A stretch of DNA of 64,000 bases from Bacteroidia bacterium (GTDB lineage Bacteria; Bacteroidota; Bacteroidia; Bacteroidales; Paludibacteraceae), in the NCBI GenBank assembly GCA_009930305.1, contig RZYM01000008.1, positions 10,817 to 74,816 of the forward strand, given 5' to 3'. The position numbers and the translations under genes were made by a program. Shown piece by piece: positions 1-9,217 of the stretch (position 1 is the first letter of the stretch; each line of letters opens with the position of its first letter). The notes beneath the pieces were generated by a model. The model had not been told where the DNA came from and did no database searches. It saw only the letters and a list, made by a program, of their open reading frames with translations.

Positions 1-2752
1 ATATCATACAGCCTATAATAACACCAAGTAGGGCAATTGGGACAGCCATAATTACAGCCATAGGACTGGTTATACTTTCGTATTGAGCTGCAAGTACCAT
101 TAACACAACAATTAAAGCTAATGCAAATATCAGAATTATTGAAGAACCGGCAGATTGTTCTTGGAATGCCATTGAAGTCCATTCAAAACCGAATGTATTT
201 CCAAATTTTTCTTTTGCCAACTGAGCTACTTTATTTTCTGCCTGACCTGAACTATAACCCTCAGCAGCATTACCGGACATATATGCAGCTTGATACATGT
301 TATAACGATTTATAACCTCAGTTCCCGTTTTTTGTTCAATTGTTGCAAATGTTGCAAATGGCACCATTTTACCTTCCGAGTTTCTAACACTTAAGCGCAT
401 AACGTCATTTGAACTTGAACGATTCTGGGATTTTGCTTGAAGTCTGACTTGATATACTTTTCCGTATAATGTAAAGTCATTTACATACGACGAACCAAGA
501 TATGCAGATAGCGCATTAAAAACATCACTAATAGCCAGATTTTGCATTTTCACCTTATCACGATCAATATTCAAGAATATTTGTGGAGTTGTTGCCTTGA
601 ATGTTGTGCGCAAACCACTCAATTCTTTTTCTTGATTAGCTTGTGCAGCAAATTCTTCTGAAACATTTTGTAATTCGACAACTCCCATATTAGATTTATC
701 TTGCACATACAATTCATAACCACCGGAGGTACCTAAACCTTGGATTGCAGGCATCATAAATCCATACACGGTTGCTTTCTGAATTTTATTGTATGCTTCT
801 GCATTAAAACGCTTAATAATTGCAGATATTGAAGTTTCATCAGTTTTTCTTTCTTCCCAATCTTTTAGCATAACGAACATTGATGCTTTACTAGATACCT
901 GCGCTCCATCAGCCATTGACATACCTGATATAGAAACATGTTTATCAACTCCGGGTATTGAATCCAGAATTTGCTCGGCTTGCTCCATAACTTTCATGGT
1001 TTCATTTAGAGATGCTCCATCTTGAAGTTCTGCCATTATTAAAAAATAGCCCTGATCTTCAGCAGGAATAAAAGCTGAAGGCATCTTCATAAAACCAAAT
1101 GCCATTATTGCAGTTAATGCACAGAAAGCCAATAATACAATTACAGATTTTCTCAAAAAAGTGGAGATAACCCACGAATAGCCTTTGTGTAATTTATCAA
1201 AACCTTTATTGAAATATTTGTATACAAAGAATTTACTTTGTTTTTCTTTCTTTTTCAAAACCAGCGCACACAACGCAGGACTTAATGTCAACGCATTCAA
1301 ACCACTAAATGCAGTAGAAACCGCAATTGTTATAGCAAACTGTTTATACATTTCACCTGTGATTCCACCAATAAATGCAGTTGGAACAAACACAGCCAAT
1401 AGTACTAATACTGTTCCGACAATAGGACCTGAAATTTCTTCCATAGCCTTAAGAGTTGCCTCTTTTGCATTAGCTGCACCCAATTCCATATGCCTGAAAG
1501 TATTTTCCACTACTAGTATCGCATCATCGACCACTATACCTATGGCCAATATCAAACCAAACAACGTCAAGGTATTTATAGAAAATCCCAAAATACCCAT
1601 CACTGCAAAAGTTCCCACCAATGAAACAGGTATCGTAATTGCAGGAATCAATACTGCTCTAAAATCTTGTAAAAACAATAGAATAACAATCAGAACCAAT
1701 ATAATTGCCTCAAATAAAGTTTTGTAAACCTCATCAATTGACACTTCTATAAATTTAGTAGTATCTAACACGACTTCAGAATGTACACCTTCGGGCAAGC
1801 GCTGGGACAATTCTTCCATCTTTGCCTTTACTGCACTTGCAACTTCCAAAGAGTTTGCATCCGGTAATTGATATATACAAATAGAACTTGCTGTTTTGTG
1901 ATTTAACTTACTATCTATTGTGTATGATTTACTACCTAATTCAATTTTAGCAACATCTTTGACACGTAAGTATTTACCCCCCGGCAACGATTTTACTACT
2001 ATATTCCCGAACTCTTCAGGATTAACTAATCGACCCTTTACATCTAATGTATACTGAAATGCTTCTTTGTTAGCAGATGGCAACTCTCCTACTTTACCTG
2101 CAGACACTTGCATGTTTTGCTCTTTAATAACATCAACAATATCTGATGGATTTAATCCTCTGATACGCAAAACCTCTGGATCAAGCCATAAACGCATACT
2201 ATAATCATCTGCACCGAAAAGGCTCACAGAACCGACTCCTGGTATACGCTTAAGCTCATCTACGATATTTAAAGTAGCGTAGTTATTCAAATACACATTA
2301 TCGTATAATTCTTCATTGTCTGAAGTCATACCGATAAGCATTAATATACTACTTGATTTTTTTTCAGTAGTTACACCTAAACGTGTTACCTCACTTGGCA
2401 AACTTGAAGTTGCTTGATTAACACGGTTTTGAACCAAAACTGTTGCCATATCGATATCTGTTCCTACTTCGAACGTAACAGTAAGTGTATATACACCTGC
2501 TGAAGAGGATACCGAATTCATGTATAACATACCTTCAACACCATTAACTTTATTTTCAATTGGTGCTGCTACAGTTTCGGATATAACTTGTGCGTTTGCG
2601 CCAGGATATGCTGCTGTTACAGATACCGTTGGAGGTGTAATTTCAGGATATAGTGCTATAGGTAAATTTATCAGTGTTATTACACCGGCCAACATAATTA
2701 GCAGTGCTATAACAAAAGCAAATATCGGTCGATTGATAAAAAATTTCGACAT
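1..2752 (-). CDS. RND (AcrB/HAE1-type) efflux permease, 3' end cut by the window edge
   Basis: Absent from the ORF track because it runs off the left edge. My reverse-strand translation from ATG (2752-2750) gives MSKFFINRPIFAFVIALLIMLAGVITLINLPIALYPEI, a classic AcrB N-terminus. The same frame near position 1 reads ...LAAQYESITSPMAVIMAVPIALLGVIIG (AcrB TM10-like). The + strand ORFs here are shadows. Confidence 0.9.
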   Translation of the reverse strand, partial: MSKFFINRPIFAFVIALLIMLAGVITLINLPIALYPEITPPTVSVTAAYPGANAQVISETVAAPIENKVNGVEGMLYMNSVSSSAGVYTLTVTFEVGTDIDMATVLVQNRVNQATSSLPSEVTRLGVTTEKKSSSILMLIGMTSDNEELYDNVYLNNYATLNIVDELKRIPGVGSVSLFGADDYSMRLWLDPEVLRIRGLNPSDIVDVIKEQNMQVSAGKVGELPSANKEAFQYTLDVKGRLVNPEEFGNIVVKSLPGGKYLRVKDVAKIELGSKSYTIDSKLNHKTASSICIYQLPDANSLEVASAVKAKMEELSQRLPEGVHSEVVLDTTKFIEVSIDEVYKTLFEAIILVLIVILLFLQDFRAVLIPAITIPVSLVGTFAVMGILGFSINTLTLFGLILAIGIVVDDAILVVENTFRHMELGAANAKEATLKAMEEISGPIVGTVLVLLAVFVPTAFIGGITGEMYKQFAITIAVSTAFSGLNALTLSPALCALVLKKKEKQSKFFVYKYFNKGFDKLHKGYSWVISTFLRKSVIVLLAFCALTAIMAFGFMKMPSAFIPAEDQGYFLIMAELQDGASLNETMKVMEQAEQILDSIPGVDKHVSISGMSMADGAQVSSKASMFVMLKDWEERKTDETSISAIIKRFNAEAYNKIQKATVYGFMMPAIQGLGTSGGYELYVQDKSNMGVVELQNVSEEFAAQANQEKELSGLRTTFKATTPQIFLNIDRDKVKMQNLAISDVFNALSAYLGSSYVNDFTLYGKVYQVRLQAKSQNRSSSNDVMRLSVRNSEGKMVPFATFATIEQKTGTEVINRYNMYQAAYMSGNAAEGYSSGQAENKVAQLAKEKFGNTFGFEWTSMAFQEQSAGSSIILIFALALIVVLMVLAAQYESITSPMAVIMAVPIALLGVIIGCMI

Positions 2753-2758
2753 GGCTGC

Positions 2759-3892
2759 TTATTTTTGTTTTGTTGATTCTAATACCGGACTTATTGCTTG
2801 ACCATTTCTTACGCGAGCTAAAGCTTCTGTTATATATAATTCGTCTGCTTGCAGACCCAATGTTATTTCACGCATATTGTCACGTTCTAATTGCCCTACT
2901 TTGACATTTCTATAACGAACTGTATCATTCTTTACTACATATATGTATCTTCCTGATTGATCTGAACCGATTGAACTTTCAGGAATAAGAACTGCATCTT
3001 TTGCTTCTTTATATGGTAATGAGACCTTTACATATACTCCATTATTTAACTCATTATTAGGATTCTTAATAACAGCACGCATATCTACTGTTCCGGTAGA
3101 TAAATCTGCAGACGGAGATAAATAGTCTAAATCTCCTTGAAAAATTTCTGTTTCACCTGCCACATCCGAAACAATAATATCAACAGTCTTAAAAGGCTTA
3201 GAATTAAATGATCCTTGAGATTTTGTTTGTTTTTGAGCCCAAATCAAATTACTTGCCTCTATTGTAAAAATGGCATACATATTATCTTCCTTGTATAAGG
3301 TAGTTAATTGTGTTTGAGGTTTTACATAATTGCCTTCATCAACTATATTTTTAGAAACACGGCCACTGCAAGGTGCCTTTATATAGCAATATCCTAGCTG
3401 AGTTTGTGCCATACTCAGTTGCGCTTCTGCTGTTTTAATTGCCGAATTACACAAGTCTACATTAGTTTGAGCTTGTATTAAATCTATCTCACTTACGGCA
3501 TTACTTTTAGCAGCTTCTTCAATACGATCTAATGATGATTGTGCAAAAACAAGATTTGATTTTGCAGTGGCTAAAGCAGCTTCGGCTGTAGCTAATTTAT
3601 CTTCGTAAGTTTTAGGCTCAATTACAAATAGGATATCACCCTCTGAAACTTTCTGACCGGATTTGACTTTATTCTCTATCAAAAAACCTTCTGTTCTTGC
3701 TATTACTTCAACTATTCTTTCTGATTGCAAATAACCGGGATACTCTAAACGATATACAATATCGCGAACCTCAGGATATGCAACTGAGAATTTTTGTAGA
3801 GGTGCTTGTTTCGTTTCCTTATCGTTAGCACACGAAAATATTAACAGACAAAGCAATGCTGCAGGAACAATTATACCTAATTTATTTTTCAT
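2759..3892 (-). CDS. efflux RND periplasmic adaptor (membrane fusion protein, HlyD/AcrA family), lipoprotein
   Basis: 377 aa. Lipoprotein-type signal (..LLIFSC). Alanine-rich coiled-coil hairpin (AEAALATAKSNL..AEAQLSMAQTQL) flanked by barrel-sandwich segments. Sits between the OMF and RND genes, 6 nt before the RND start. Confidence 0.9.
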   Translation of the reverse strand: MKNKLGIIVPAALLCLLIFSCANDKETKQAPLQKFSVAYPEVRDIVYRLEYPGYLQSERIVEVIARTEGFLIENKVKSGQKVSEGDILFVIEPKTYEDKLATAEAALATAKSNLVFAQSSLDRIEEAAKSNAVSEIDLIQAQTNVDLCNSAIKTAEAQLSMAQTQLGYCYIKAPCSGRVSKNIVDEGNYVKPQTQLTTLYKEDNMYAIFTIEASNLIWAQKQTKSQGSFNSKPFKTVDIIVSDVAGETEIFQGDLDYLSPSADLSTGTVDMRAVIKNPNNELNNGVYVKVSLPYKEAKDAVLIPESSIGSDQSGRYIYVVKNDTVRYRNVKVGQLERDNMREITLGLQADELYITEALARVRNGQAISPVLESTKQK

Positions 3893-3912
3893 ATAGTGTG
3901 GTTTTTATTTAA

Positions 3913-5310
3913 TTACTTGTTATTCCAACCTCCGCCTAATGCCTTAAATAGACTTACTAAAGCTGAATATGTATTACCTTCTATAGATACTATTGCATCT
4001 TCGTATTGCAACAAAGAACGTTGTGCATCTAGAACATTTTGAAAGTTAATCAAACCTCTTTTATACAAATCCAATGCCAATGAAAAAGTTGTGAGAGCTT
4101 CCTTAAATGCATTTCTACGCATTTCCGATTCTTTCACGGAATAACGATATGTTTGCATAGCATCATCTACATCCTGCAAAGCCGAAAGAATTGTATTATT
4201 ATAATTATTGATCGAGATTTCTAAATTAGCCTTTGCTGCTTGAGTACTTCCCGAGAATTGTGTTCCTGAAAATATAGTCCATTGAATTGCAGGTGCAACT
4301 TGCCAATACATATTATTATTCATAAACAATTGCTGAAAATCTGTTGATGCATATCCAAACTTCGCTGTTAGATAAAATTTAGGCCACCAATCTGCACGCG
4401 TTGCCCCAAGTTGAGCTGCTTGCGCATCAACCTGTTTTTCTGCACTACGCACATCCGGACGTTGACGAATAACCTCTGATGGTATTCCTACAGGTACCAA
4501 TATAGGATTCTCTCTCAATGGGATATCTTTTACTAGAGCTAAATCTGATTCTAACTCCCATGGTAATTTTCCAAGCAAAACACCTATCGTATTAATGTAC
4601 TTTGAAACCAGTGATTCCAATTGCGGTTTTGATGCTGCAGTAGAATAATATATCGACTTAGCTTGAGAAACGTCTAATGCAGACACTAAACCTGAATTAA
4701 AACGCGCTTCTGCAATATTCATTGTTTCTTTCTGACTATCCAAATTACGTTTAACTACATTTAAACGTAGCTGAGTTGTACGCAAAGAAAAGTAAGCATC
4801 TGCAACTTGTGCTACTAAAATAGTCATCATCGCATTATAATCTTCTTTTGTTGCCTCATAAACTTTCTTTTGTGCATTTGCTTTATTTCTTACAGAACCT
4901 ATTATGTCTATTTCCCATTGCAAATCCAAACCTAAAGATCCTGTATGAGCAATCATTCCTATCGCGCTAATGTTTTTATTATAATCATAAGCTGCGTCTA
5001 ATGATATTTGGGGATAAAACCCTGCCTCAGCAATACGCAGATTAGCTTTTGTCTGAGCAATTCTATATGATGCTGCAACTAAATCATAATTATTGGCAAT
5101 AGCCAATTCTTCGAGTGAATTCAAAACAGTATCATCGAAATATTGCCACCATTTTTGTTCTATTGGTTGCTGTTCTACAAAAAATGTATCAGACTTTAAA
5201 ATCCAGCTTTCCGGGATATTCGAATCAATACGCTCATTACTTGTTTTTGCATATAAAGAGAACAATGAGGATAAAAATATGAGCAGTAGCAGAATTAATT
5301 TATTTTGCAT
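3913..5310 (-). CDS. TolC-family outer membrane efflux protein (OMF)
   Basis: 465 aa. Signal peptide, two-repeat TolC-like sequence and typical OMF C-terminus ..LFKALGGGW. First gene of the OMF-MFP-RND operon. Confidence 0.85.
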   Translation of the reverse strand: MQNKLILLLLIFLSSLFSLYAKTSNERIDSNIPESWILKSDTFFVEQQPIEQKWWQYFDDTVLNSLEELAIANNYDLVAASYRIAQTKANLRIAEAGFYPQISLDAAYDYNKNISAIGMIAHTGSLGLDLQWEIDIIGSVRNKANAQKKVYEATKEDYNAMMTILVAQVADAYFSLRTTQLRLNVVKRNLDSQKETMNIAEARFNSGLVSALDVSQAKSIYYSTAASKPQLESLVSKYINTIGVLLGKLPWELESDLALVKDIPLRENPILVPVGIPSEVIRQRPDVRSAEKQVDAQAAQLGATRADWWPKFYLTAKFGYASTDFQQLFMNNNMYWQVAPAIQWTIFSGTQFSGSTQAAKANLEISINNYNNTILSALQDVDDAMQTYRYSVKESEMRRNAFKEALTTFSLALDLYKRGLINFQNVLDAQRSLLQYEDAIVSIEGNTYSALVSLFKALGGGWNNK

Positions 5311-5329
5311 TAGTTTTTATTTTTGTACG

Positions 5330-5337
5330 CAAAAATA
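5330..5337 (-). promoter_or_regulatory. Bacteroides-type -7 element TAttTTTG for the efflux operon
   Basis: + strand caaaaata gives minus-strand TATTTTTG, 19 nt upstream of ATG 5310. Confidence 0.5.
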
Positions 5338-5366
5338 AGGTTTTTTTTTAGAAAACATGAGATAAA

Positions 5367-5401
5367 TAAAAAAAAAGTAGCAGGTACGCTTACCTGCTAC
5401 T
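5367..5401 (-). terminator. intrinsic terminator (11-bp stem, 4-nt loop, T-run on minus strand)
   Basis: agtagcaggta-cgct-tacctgctact at 5376-5401. The A-run at 5368-5376 reads as a T-run after the hairpin on the minus strand. It lies about 345 nt downstream of the AraC-type gene stop. Confidence 0.7.
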
Positions 5402-5744
5402 TTTCACTCACTAATTCACTAAAAAACGAAGAAAAAATATCACTATGAAAAAAACAATTCAAAATTAATTAAAATCACATTCAGCCTTTTAATCATACAA
5501 TCTTCCGAATGAAGAGTCATCAAATAATTTTTTAGCCTTTGAACAATGCAAATATATTGTAGCATATTATTTTTTGCAAATAAATTATTTTGCCTTTTTG
5601 TATTTTTACTTTGCAAATTTGTACTAGATTCATTTGCTATACATCAACACCCACACAACAAATACTTATATATCAGTAGTTCAATATTTTACAAAAACTA
5701 AAATGTACTTATCTTAACACAAAAAAAATATTGTTTTTTTGAAA

Positions 5745-6962
5745 TTATATCAAAAATTGCTCTTTGTACTGAGTACAAGACATTCCCATATGTTGTGCAA
5801 ACGATCGCGCAAAAACTGCTTGAGAAGTAAAACCGGACTCAAATGATATTTCTTTTACTTGTTTATCAGGATTATCTTTCATTAATTGAATGGCATGATC
5901 TATTCGATATTGCAAAACCCAGTTTCTAAAATAGCATTGATATGCACGTGAAAATATTTCATTACACTTAAGACGGTCAACATTTAATTTTGTATGCACA
6001 TCAGAAACTCTGAAATCTTTATTTAAATATGGTTTATCTTGCAACATCCATTGATCTAATATGCTTTTATATCGACATATTTCATTCTCAGTTAATTCAT
6101 TATCTGACAAATATATAAATTCGTCGGCTTCTGCAGATTTATATTCATTATCTTTTATATCATCAACAATAATCCATTTGAAATTCTTATAAGACCAATA
6201 CATCTTACAATGCTCTGGTAATTCAACTGGTTCTGTTTGAATTGCTTTTATTATGAATATAGAGATTATAAACATCAATAATAGCAAATGCACAATAGAC
6301 AATTCTATTGTATCATTAAAGGTATAAGCCATGTAAGATATTAGTATCGCAAACATTGGATACTTCAAAACTTTCATCCATTGAATATGTTTTTTTTCTG
6401 TGTCAGAATAGCTTTCATCCAAATATTTTTCATATATAGGGATAAATTTTCTAACCATCACAGCTACATATAAAGCATGCAAAGTGAGGTAAACTAAAAA
6501 TAAAAATCTAAATATAACTTCGATTGCCAAACCAGGCGTTGCGATATTAGCAGGTGTTACAAATTTAGGTTCGGGATTAAATATTCTATATATAAAGTAT
6601 GATAGCAATATAATAATAATACCCGAAAAAAAGCGAAGCAATTTTGGTATTGTAACCCTATTTTTTTCTATCATTATCAATGGATAGAGCAAAGACAAAT
6701 CGCCTAATATCGCACAAGAAATTAAATATAATGGAGAAAAATGTTTAAGTACATTTCCTGTACCATCTAAAGGTAAAAAAAGAGGCGAAATTTCGACTAA
6801 AGCCCAAAAAAAACATAGAAAAGCAAGATACTTTGTTGCTGCCGTTTTAATTGCACACAATTGCACGACTATCCCACCAAAAACACAAATTGTAGATAAT
6901 GCGACAACAAGGACGACAAATAAAGTTATGGGAGTAAAAGCTAGAGATAATTCCATAGGCAA
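5745..6962 (-). CDS. membrane-embedded AraC-family transcriptional regulator (multi-TM N-terminal domain + C-terminal AraC HTH)
   Basis: 405 aa. About 6-7 hydrophobic helices in the first ~240 aa. C-terminal AraC HTH pattern (..YRIDHAIQLMKDNPDKQVKEISFESGFTSQAVFARSFAQHMGMSCTQYK). Confidence 0.8.
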   Translation of the reverse strand: MPMELSLAFTPITLFVVLVVALSTICVFGGIVVQLCAIKTAATKYLAFLCFFWALVEISPLFLPLDGTGNVLKHFSPLYLISCAILGDLSLLYPLIMIEKNRVTIPKLLRFFSGIIIILLSYFIYRIFNPEPKFVTPANIATPGLAIEVIFRFLFLVYLTLHALYVAVMVRKFIPIYEKYLDESYSDTEKKHIQWMKVLKYPMFAILISYMAYTFNDTIELSIVHLLLLMFIISIFIIKAIQTEPVELPEHCKMYWSYKNFKWIIVDDIKDNEYKSAEADEFIYLSDNELTENEICRYKSILDQWMLQDKPYLNKDFRVSDVHTKLNVDRLKCNEIFSRAYQCYFRNWVLQYRIDHAIQLMKDNPDKQVKEISFESGFTSQAVFARSFAQHMGMSCTQYKEQFLI

Positions 6963-7021
6963 ATTTCTTCTTTGTTGAATTTAATTCACATAGTAATTGA
7001 TCATAAATAAAACCAACAATG

Positions 7022-7029
7022 CAAATGTA
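7022..7029 (-). promoter_or_regulatory. -7 element TAcaTTTG for the AraC-type regulator
   Basis: + strand caaatgta gives minus-strand TACATTTG, 59 nt upstream of ATG 6962. Confidence 0.45.
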
Positions 7030-7105
7030 CGCAAAAAAAATCACAGACAATGAATGTTTTGCATTTTTGTTTAAATCACATGACAAAGCACTCATTACTA
7101 ACAAA

Positions 7106-7297
7106 CTAACAATTATGCAAAACGTCATTTACATCATCTTCGATCTTACCTAACGAAGTCTGACAAAACCCAATCAAGGTTTTTGCTTCTTTAATTTTTT
7201 TTGTCAACAAATCCAATGGGATTTCTCCGTTTTTGATTTCTTCTGTCAAAATTTCAAGTTGAGAATAAGCCTCATCGTATGTTTTTTTCTTTTCCAT
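7106..7297 (-). CDS. xseB: exodeoxyribonuclease VII small subunit
   Basis: 63 aa helical protein (..YDEAYSQLEILTEEIKNGEIPLD..), 16 nt downstream of xseA. Confidence 0.85.
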   Translation of the reverse strand: MEKKKTYDEAYSQLEILTEEIKNGEIPLDLLTKKIKEAKTLIGFCQTSLGKIEDDVNDVLHNC

Positions 7298-7313
7298 ATT
7301 GAACCGAATAAAT

Positions 7314-8474
7314 TTATTTAACTATCGACTCTACGCTACCATCAAATAACATAGTCATAATACAATCACCTTTATGCAAATCTTTGAACCTTGCAACTTT
7401 TCCGTCTTTTAAACTTATACTATAACCTTTCTTTAATATAACAGATGGTGAAGACAAATCTAAAAATTGTTCCATCATACTTAAATTATGCCTTTTTTTT
7501 ACAAACAAATCAGAGACTGCTGCTTTTAAGTCAACTTTACGCATTTCTAATTCTACTTGTTTGTTTTTTATATAAGATTGCACAGATGCAGAAAAATCGT
7601 TTATTAGGTCTTTTAGCTGATTGTACTCAAAAATGGAACGATTAACTATAAATTGAGCTGCCGCGGTAGGTGTTTTTAAAGATGTATACGCAATCATATC
7701 AAGTACCGATACATCTCTATCATGTCCTATTCCTGTTATAATTGGCAATGGATATTGCGTGCAATAATAAGATAAGCGATATGAATCGTACCAATGCAAA
7801 TCAGACACAGCCCCTCCACCCCTTACAATTACTACTATATCAAATTCTGTTTTAGAACTAATTATATCGTCTAATGCATTAATGATCGAATTCTCTGTTA
7901 GATCGCCTTGCATTACGGCTTCAAACAATTCGACATTGTAATTGAATTTTAATTCTTGATTATTAAGTTGATTGATAAAATCTTCGTAACCGGCTGCAGT
8001 TTTTGAACTAACAAGAGCTATATTCCTTATCGCTCTACTTAAATTCAATTCACGATTCATATCAAAAACAAATTCTTCTTTCAGCCTTGCCACAACCATT
8101 TTCCGTTTTTGGGCTATATCTCCTATAGTGTATGTAGGATCTATGTCGGTTACATTCAGACTATAACTATACACCTCGTGAAATACCGGTTTTACTTTGA
8201 TCAATACAGTCATACCTTGTGATAATGCTGTTCCTGTTTCCATCGCAAAATACGGAGCTAACATTTTGTATGTATTTTTCCAAATAGAAGCAGAAGCCTT
8301 GGCAATTACCTCATCATTGTTAGAGTCTTTTTCCACCAATTCTAAATAACAATGCCCCGATCGATTCTCGGTAATTCGACTTATCTCGGCCTTTACCCAA
8401 ACTGACATTGGATATAGTTCATCTATAGCCTCTTTAATTGTCCGGTTAAGTTCATATAACGACAATGCTTCCAT
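7314..8474 (-). CDS. xseA: exodeoxyribonuclease VII large subunit
   Basis: 386 aa. N-terminal OB fold (VWVKAEISRITENRSGHCYLELVEKD) and catalytic core (VVIVRGGGAVSDLHWYD, ITGIGHDRD). Confidence 0.9.
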   Translation of the reverse strand: MEALSLYELNRTIKEAIDELYPMSVWVKAEISRITENRSGHCYLELVEKDSNNDEVIAKASASIWKNTYKMLAPYFAMETGTALSQGMTVLIKVKPVFHEVYSYSLNVTDIDPTYTIGDIAQKRKMVVARLKEEFVFDMNRELNLSRAIRNIALVSSKTAAGYEDFINQLNNQELKFNYNVELFEAVMQGDLTENSIINALDDIISSKTEFDIVVIVRGGGAVSDLHWYDSYRLSYYCTQYPLPIITGIGHDRDVSVLDMIAYTSLKTPTAAAQFIVNRSIFEYNQLKDLINDFSASVQSYIKNKQVELEMRKVDLKAAVSDLFVKKRHNLSMMEQFLDLSSPSVILKKGYSISLKDGKVARFKDLHKGDCIMTMLFDGSVESIVK

Positions 8475-9217
8475 TAAGGCTCAAAATAACCGCTTGGATT
8501 TGAAATATAGTCTTTCGGATCCTTAAGCTGTCGGTCAATATCACTGCTATCACTCTCTGCACGTATCATTTTATCCATTTGTTCCGAAACACCATTCTTA
8601 TATACTATTTCATCTGCTGTTCCATCTTCTTTATAGATAAACCATGTGCCTTCGCGTTTTCCATTAACATACTCACCTTTTCTATCTAGTTCACCAGCTT
8701 CATAATACGAAACGAATGGCCCATCAATTTTTCCGTTCTTATAATAAAATTTGGCCATAACATTTCCATTCTGATAATATTGCAGGTACACACTATCTTG
8801 CAAGTCATTCTTATAATACATCTTGTTCATAATGTTACCATCTTCAAAATATACTAATTTTTCACCTACCTTTTTACCTAACGAATAATGTTCAACCATA
8901 AATAAGGATTTTTTTTTAGTATAATAATTCCACTGACCATCACGTTTTTCTCCAACATACTGCCCCTCTGCCAGGAAGTCCCCCTCACCGGTGTAAATCT
9001 TTACTGAGGAATTGCCTTCTTTATCAAAATTCTGAATAAAAAACACCTTACCGTTTTCATGATATCTTTTAAACTCTCCAACAGGTTTTCCATCAACAAA
9101 GTATCCTTCGTACTTAAGTTGTCCGTTGGGATATTTTTTTACTGTATAAACGGGCTCTATTGCCAAAATAACACATGGCAATAAAAACAAAACGAATGTC
9201 AAAAACTTATTTTTCAT
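8474..9217 (-). CDS. secreted MORN-variant repeat protein (YwqK-like family)
   Basis: 247 aa. Signal peptide, then repeated Y-x-NG-x-hydrophobic/G-x-x-DG units (YPNGQLKYEGYFVDGKPVGEFKRYHENGK...). Its stop overlaps the xseA start by 1 nt. Confidence 0.7.
   Translation of the reverse strand: MKNKFLTFVLFLLPCVILAIEPVYTVKKYPNGQLKYEGYFVDGKPVGEFKRYHENGKVFFIQNFDKEGNSSVKIYTGEGDFLAEGQYVGEKRDGQWNYYTKKKSLFMVEHYSLGKKVGEKLVYFEDGNIMNKMYYKNDLQDSVYLQYYQNGNVMAKFYYKNGKIDGPFVSYYEAGELDRKGEYVNGKREGTWFIYKEDGTADEIVYKNGVSEQMDKMIRAESDSSDIDRQLKDPKDYISNPSGYFEP

Noticed and set aside
121-2801. Four + strand track ORFs (121-315, 789-1025, 1185-1727, 2520-2801), including a 180-aa one
   Set aside because: All lie antisense to the clearly recognisable AcrB-type RND permease on the minus strand. 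Their sequences are low-complexity Ile/Asn/Ser/Thr-rich shadows with no motifs.
5546-5701. 51-codon + strand ORF MQIYCSILFFANKLFCLFVFLLCKFVL... in the 5338-5744 spacer
   Set aside because: The Phe/Leu/Cys-rich peptide is what a T-rich strand yields by chance. It has no promoter element, no SD and no recognisable family. It remains a remote possibility only.
6847-7128. 93-aa minus-strand ORF spanning the AraC promoter region
   Set aside because: It overlaps both the AraC-type gene start and the xseB stop and contains the TAcaTTTG promoter element. Its composition is Cys/Ile/Phe-rich and non-protein-like.
8474-9217. Possible toxin-antitoxin module, because YwqK-family proteins are often labelled 'antitoxin'
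   Set aside because: No YwqJ-like deaminase or nuclease toxin, or any small partner ORF, is adjacent. The protein has a signal peptide and sits in a housekeeping operon.
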